From NCBI GenBank assembly GCA_026390595.1, contig JAPLFQ010000019.1:41860-105859 (forward strand): a stretch of 64,000 bases of DNA, written 5' to 3'. Shown here one piece after another: positions 61,556 through 64,000 of this stretch. The stretch is from Ignavibacteriales bacterium. Its GTDB lineage: Bacteria > Bacteroidota > Ignavibacteria > UBA10030. A program made the position numbers and the translations under genes. Within the stretch, counting starts at the first letter, position 1; every line of letters begins with the position of its first letter. The notes under the pieces were generated by a model. It saw nothing but the letters and a program-made list of their open reading frames with translations. It searched no databases and was not told where the DNA came from.

Positions 61556-62740
61556 ATGAATCGCCTGGCAGCAATTCTCATCGCCCTCTGTATCATCCAC
61601 GTATGTTCGTTCGCTGGACCCGCGAAGGCATACTTCTGCCGCGCGAGCATCGGAAACGCAGTTGTACTTGAAAACGATTTGGTGAAAATCACGATCGCCG
61701 AGACTGGGGGCAAAGTGATCGGATGGTATGTCAAGAGCCTCCGGAGAGATATCGCTGCCTGGGATTCCACCTTGCCGTATGCAGTTCTTGCACAACGATT
61801 TGGTGTCTTCGACGACTCAGCAAAATGGCCTGGAGGCTGGCCATCACCTATTGGCCTGGAGAAGTATCAAACCGAGATACTCCCGTCTGCCGATCAATCG
61901 GCTCGTGTGAGACAGACATTGATTGTTCCCCCGCCTTCTGCGTTTTCTGGATTAAGTGTGGAGAAGACCTACACACTTTCCGTGAATCGTTATGAGCTCT
62001 CGGTCGACTATGTCATCACAAACACCTCAAGGGAGGTCAAGTGCTACTTGGATAGCGGGAGCACATACGGCATCAATCTGACCGTCGAAACGACGATGCT
62101 CTGCGACACCAGCTACACGATATCGTTCAAATCGAACGGCAGAGTGTACTCAAGTCCATTTCCTGCTGAATTCTTTAACCCCGATGCCCCGAACGCTGAA
62201 TTCAAGCAGGCCATCGACTGGTGCGCTATCGAAGACAAGAATGGCGGATATGTGATGGGCTCCTTCTATCCTTCCGGATTGACACGCGGCCTTTGGCCTG
62301 GCGAACAAAGGTCGGGAGCGTACGACTATGAGATAATCTTTCGATCTGTGACCTACCAGCCGGGACAGGTGGAGACATATCATTTCAGGACGTGTGGAGG
62401 CCCGGGCAACATAGAGTCGTTCGCAAGAGGCGAACTCTCCAACCCGACATCGATCGAGAGGGCGACCGATGAAGTCCCAGGTCAGCTGAGGCTCATGCAA
62501 AACTACCCAAACCCTTTCAATCCGAGCACCACTATCGAGTTTAGCGTGCCGGCGAATTCGTTCATATCTTTGAAAGTCCTCAATCTGCTTGGACAAGAAG
62601 TGGCTGTCCTGGTGAATGAAGAAAAGCATGCTGGACTGTACAGGATTCAATGGCAGGCAGATGTGCCCAGCGGGGTTTATTTGTATCGACTTCAGTCCGG
62701 GGGCCACACGCTTCTCCGGAAGATGACGTTCATCCGTTAG
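61556..62740 (+). CDS. Secreted protein with T9SS C-terminal sorting domain
   Basis: The ORF is 61391..62740. The likely start is 61556 (MNRLAAILIALCIIHVCSFAGPAKA). The C-terminus NYPNPFNPSTTIEFSVPANSFISLKVLNLLGQEVAVLVNE...GVYLYRLQSGGH is a canonical T9SS CTD. Confidence 0.7.
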   Translation: MNRLAAILIALCIIHVCSFAGPAKAYFCRASIGNAVVLENDLVKITIAETGGKVIGWYVKSLRRDIAAWDSTLPYAVLAQRFGVFDDSAKWPGGWPSPIGLEKYQTEILPSADQSARVRQTLIVPPPSAFSGLSVEKTYTLSVNRYELSVDYVITNTSREVKCYLDSGSTYGINLTVETTMLCDTSYTISFKSNGRVYSSPFPAEFFNPDAPNAEFKQAIDWCAIEDKNGGYVMGSFYPSGLTRGLWPGEQRSGAYDYEIIFRSVTYQPGQVETYHFRTCGGPGNIESFARGELSNPTSIERATDEVPGQLRLMQNYPNPFNPSTTIEFSVPANSFISLKVLNLLGQEVAVLVNEEKHAGLYRIQWQADVPSGVYLYRLQSGGHTLLRKMTFIR

Positions 62741-62850
62741 AATCAGTGAGCTTATCTTCAGATGGCAGTATTCCGACGCAAGCGGCAACCCTGCGGACGG
62801 ACCTTGGCGAAATACCAAACGCACCATCCCGACCTCGAAAGGAGCAGATC

Positions 62851-64000
62851 ATGAAACGCTGTGCCCGAGTTTGTTTAGCCGCATTGTCCTTTTTTTTTAG
62901 CACGAACGTGATGAACTCACAGTGGATCCAGACGAATGGCCCTACCGGGGGGGCAGTCTCTACCCTTGCGGCGATCGGTACAAACGTATTTGCGGGGAGT
63001 TCAGACGGCGGCGGTGTATTCTTGTCGACTGATTTCGGCACAAGCTGGAAGCACATCGACAGCGGCTTCGCCTACACTCCAGTCAAGGCGCTTACAGCAT
63101 ATGGAACAAGCCTGCTGGCTGGCACGGACAAAGGGATCTTTCTCACGAACGACAACGGGAAGAGTTGGAACAACGTGGGCGTCAACGGTCTCTCCGTTAA
63201 CGCGATCACAGTGGGAATAAACTCAGGCGGAGTCACGAAGATCTTTGCCGGAGTCAGTTCAAGCCCCGCCGTCTATATGTCCACCAACGGAGGAGCCTAC
63301 TGGAACGCAGCAACCAATTCGGGATTGTCGGCATCTGCTGTTTATTCGCTTGCCGTCAGTTCACTCGCCGCGGGCGGAACGGCTCTTTTTGCGGGCACCA
63401 GTTCGGGGGTCTTCTATTCGACAAACGACGGCGGAAATTGGACAGCGTCAAATACCGGGCTCACGGGGGCGTATGCCCACTCCATGGTCGTGGGTCCGGA
63501 CAGCGCAGGAAAGTCAAGTCTCTTCATGGGAAGCTACGGCAAGGGAGTTTTTCGCATGTCGCAAAATGGTTCCTCATGGGTTGCTGCCAGCAACGGTCTG
63601 ACAAGCCTTTACATCTACTCTCTGGTTGCAAACGGAAACGTGATGTACGCAGGAACGGGTGCAGGGCTTTTTGCAACGTCTGATGGAGGGAGATCCTGGA
63701 GCCCAATCGTGTCAGGTTTGGCGACGAACAGAATCAACGCTCTGCTTTTCGTCCCGTCAGGAGGAACTGGCGGTTCCAGCTTCTTCGCAGGCACAGATCA
63801 AGGCGTATGCCTATCCACCAACAATGCATCGACTTGGGTCAGCAAGAACTCAGGACTGGCGAACACTGTGATTTACGCATTCGGAGTCTCCGGCAAAAAT
63901 CTGTTTGCCGGGACATATGGCGGTGGAGTCTGCCGTTCAACCGACAATGGAACGAGTTGGACGACTGTCAACGACGGTCTTACAAACCTGAACGTTGATG
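62851..64000 (+). CDS. BNR/YCF48-like repeat beta-propeller protein (3' end beyond window)
   Basis: This ORF is not in the supplied track because it has no stop in the window. The ATG at 62851 follows AAAGGAG. A signal peptide (MKRCARVCLAALSFFFSTNVMNS) is followed by at least eight ~47-aa repeats of the form G-(V/I)-F-x-S-T-(D/N)-x-G-x-(S/T)-W (BNR/Asp-box-like). Confidence 0.75.
   Translation, partial: MKRCARVCLAALSFFFSTNVMNSQWIQTNGPTGGAVSTLAAIGTNVFAGSSDGGGVFLSTDFGTSWKHIDSGFAYTPVKALTAYGTSLLAGTDKGIFLTNDNGKSWNNVGVNGLSVNAITVGINSGGVTKIFAGVSSSPAVYMSTNGGAYWNAATNSGLSASAVYSLAVSSLAAGGTALFAGTSSGVFYSTNDGGNWTASNTGLTGAYAHSMVVGPDSAGKSSLFMGSYGKGVFRMSQNGSSWVAASNGLTSLYIYSLVANGNVMYAGTGAGLFATSDGGRSWSPIVSGLATNRINALLFVPSGGTGGSSFFAGTDQGVCLSTNNASTWVSKNSGLANTVIYAFGVSGKNLFAGTYGGGVCRSTDNGTSWTTVNDGLTNLNVD

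Overview
The window is a contiguous, gene-dense bacterial chromosomal segment at roughly 55-60% GC, almost entirely coding on the + strand. Three proteins carry type IX secretion (T9SS) C-terminal sorting domains and one is a YpdA-like oxidoreductase, which points to the Fibrobacteres-Chlorobi-Bacteroidetes (FCB) group; this is inference only.

Gene content, in order:
- a striking N-metabolism/regulatory block at 1-9998, described in the next paragraph
- a secreted peptide-degradation cluster at 10.1-24.2 kb: esterase, two S9 peptidases, an S15/CocE-NonD hydrolase, and M28 and M1 peptidases
- class I fumarase, an alkyltransferase-like (ATL) DNA-repair-adaptor-like protein, YbaK, MgtC/DUF4010 and a sugar-phosphate isomerase
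- tRNA-Thr(CGT), followed by about 550 nt of structured non-coding DNA
- an FGE-sulfatase-family protein and a small T9SS cargo protein on the minus strand
- YpdA-like oxidoreductase, atpD-atpC, alr, manC-like guanylyltransferase, rlpA, DUF167, a DUF2233 phosphodiester glycosidase with an apparent N-terminal frameshift, M24-like peptidase, SLT transglycosylase, a Cys-less thioredoxin-fold protein and an MDR dehydrogenase
- a Fur-family (PerR-like) regulator with a Fur-box-like palindrome just upstream of katG
- metH preceded by a terminator-containing structured leader (possible riboswitch)
- gpmA, DUF309, ferredoxin, an MBL hydrolase, a Rieske protein, queG and trxB
- a hypothetical protein plus a zf-HC2 anti-sigma/FG-GAP protein, a T9SS cargo protein, and a partial BNR-like repeat propeller protein

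The most unusual feature is a tandemly duplicated module. It has three glutamate dehydrogenase genes: two paralogous NADP-type gdhA (about 450 aa) and one shorter type (about 415 aa). These are interleaved with two paralogous ~1000-aa proteins that fuse a degenerate receiver domain, a canonical receiver domain, a PPDK_N-type PEP/pyruvate-binding ATP-grasp domain and a swivel-His-like C-terminus. A zinc-ribbon mini-protein is translationally coupled between the second fusion protein and the third GDH.

No CRISPR arrays, rRNA genes, transposases or integrases were seen. Many long minus-strand ORFs are antisense artefacts of the GC-rich coding sequence.

Coordinates of short RNA and hairpin features may be off by 1-2 nt.
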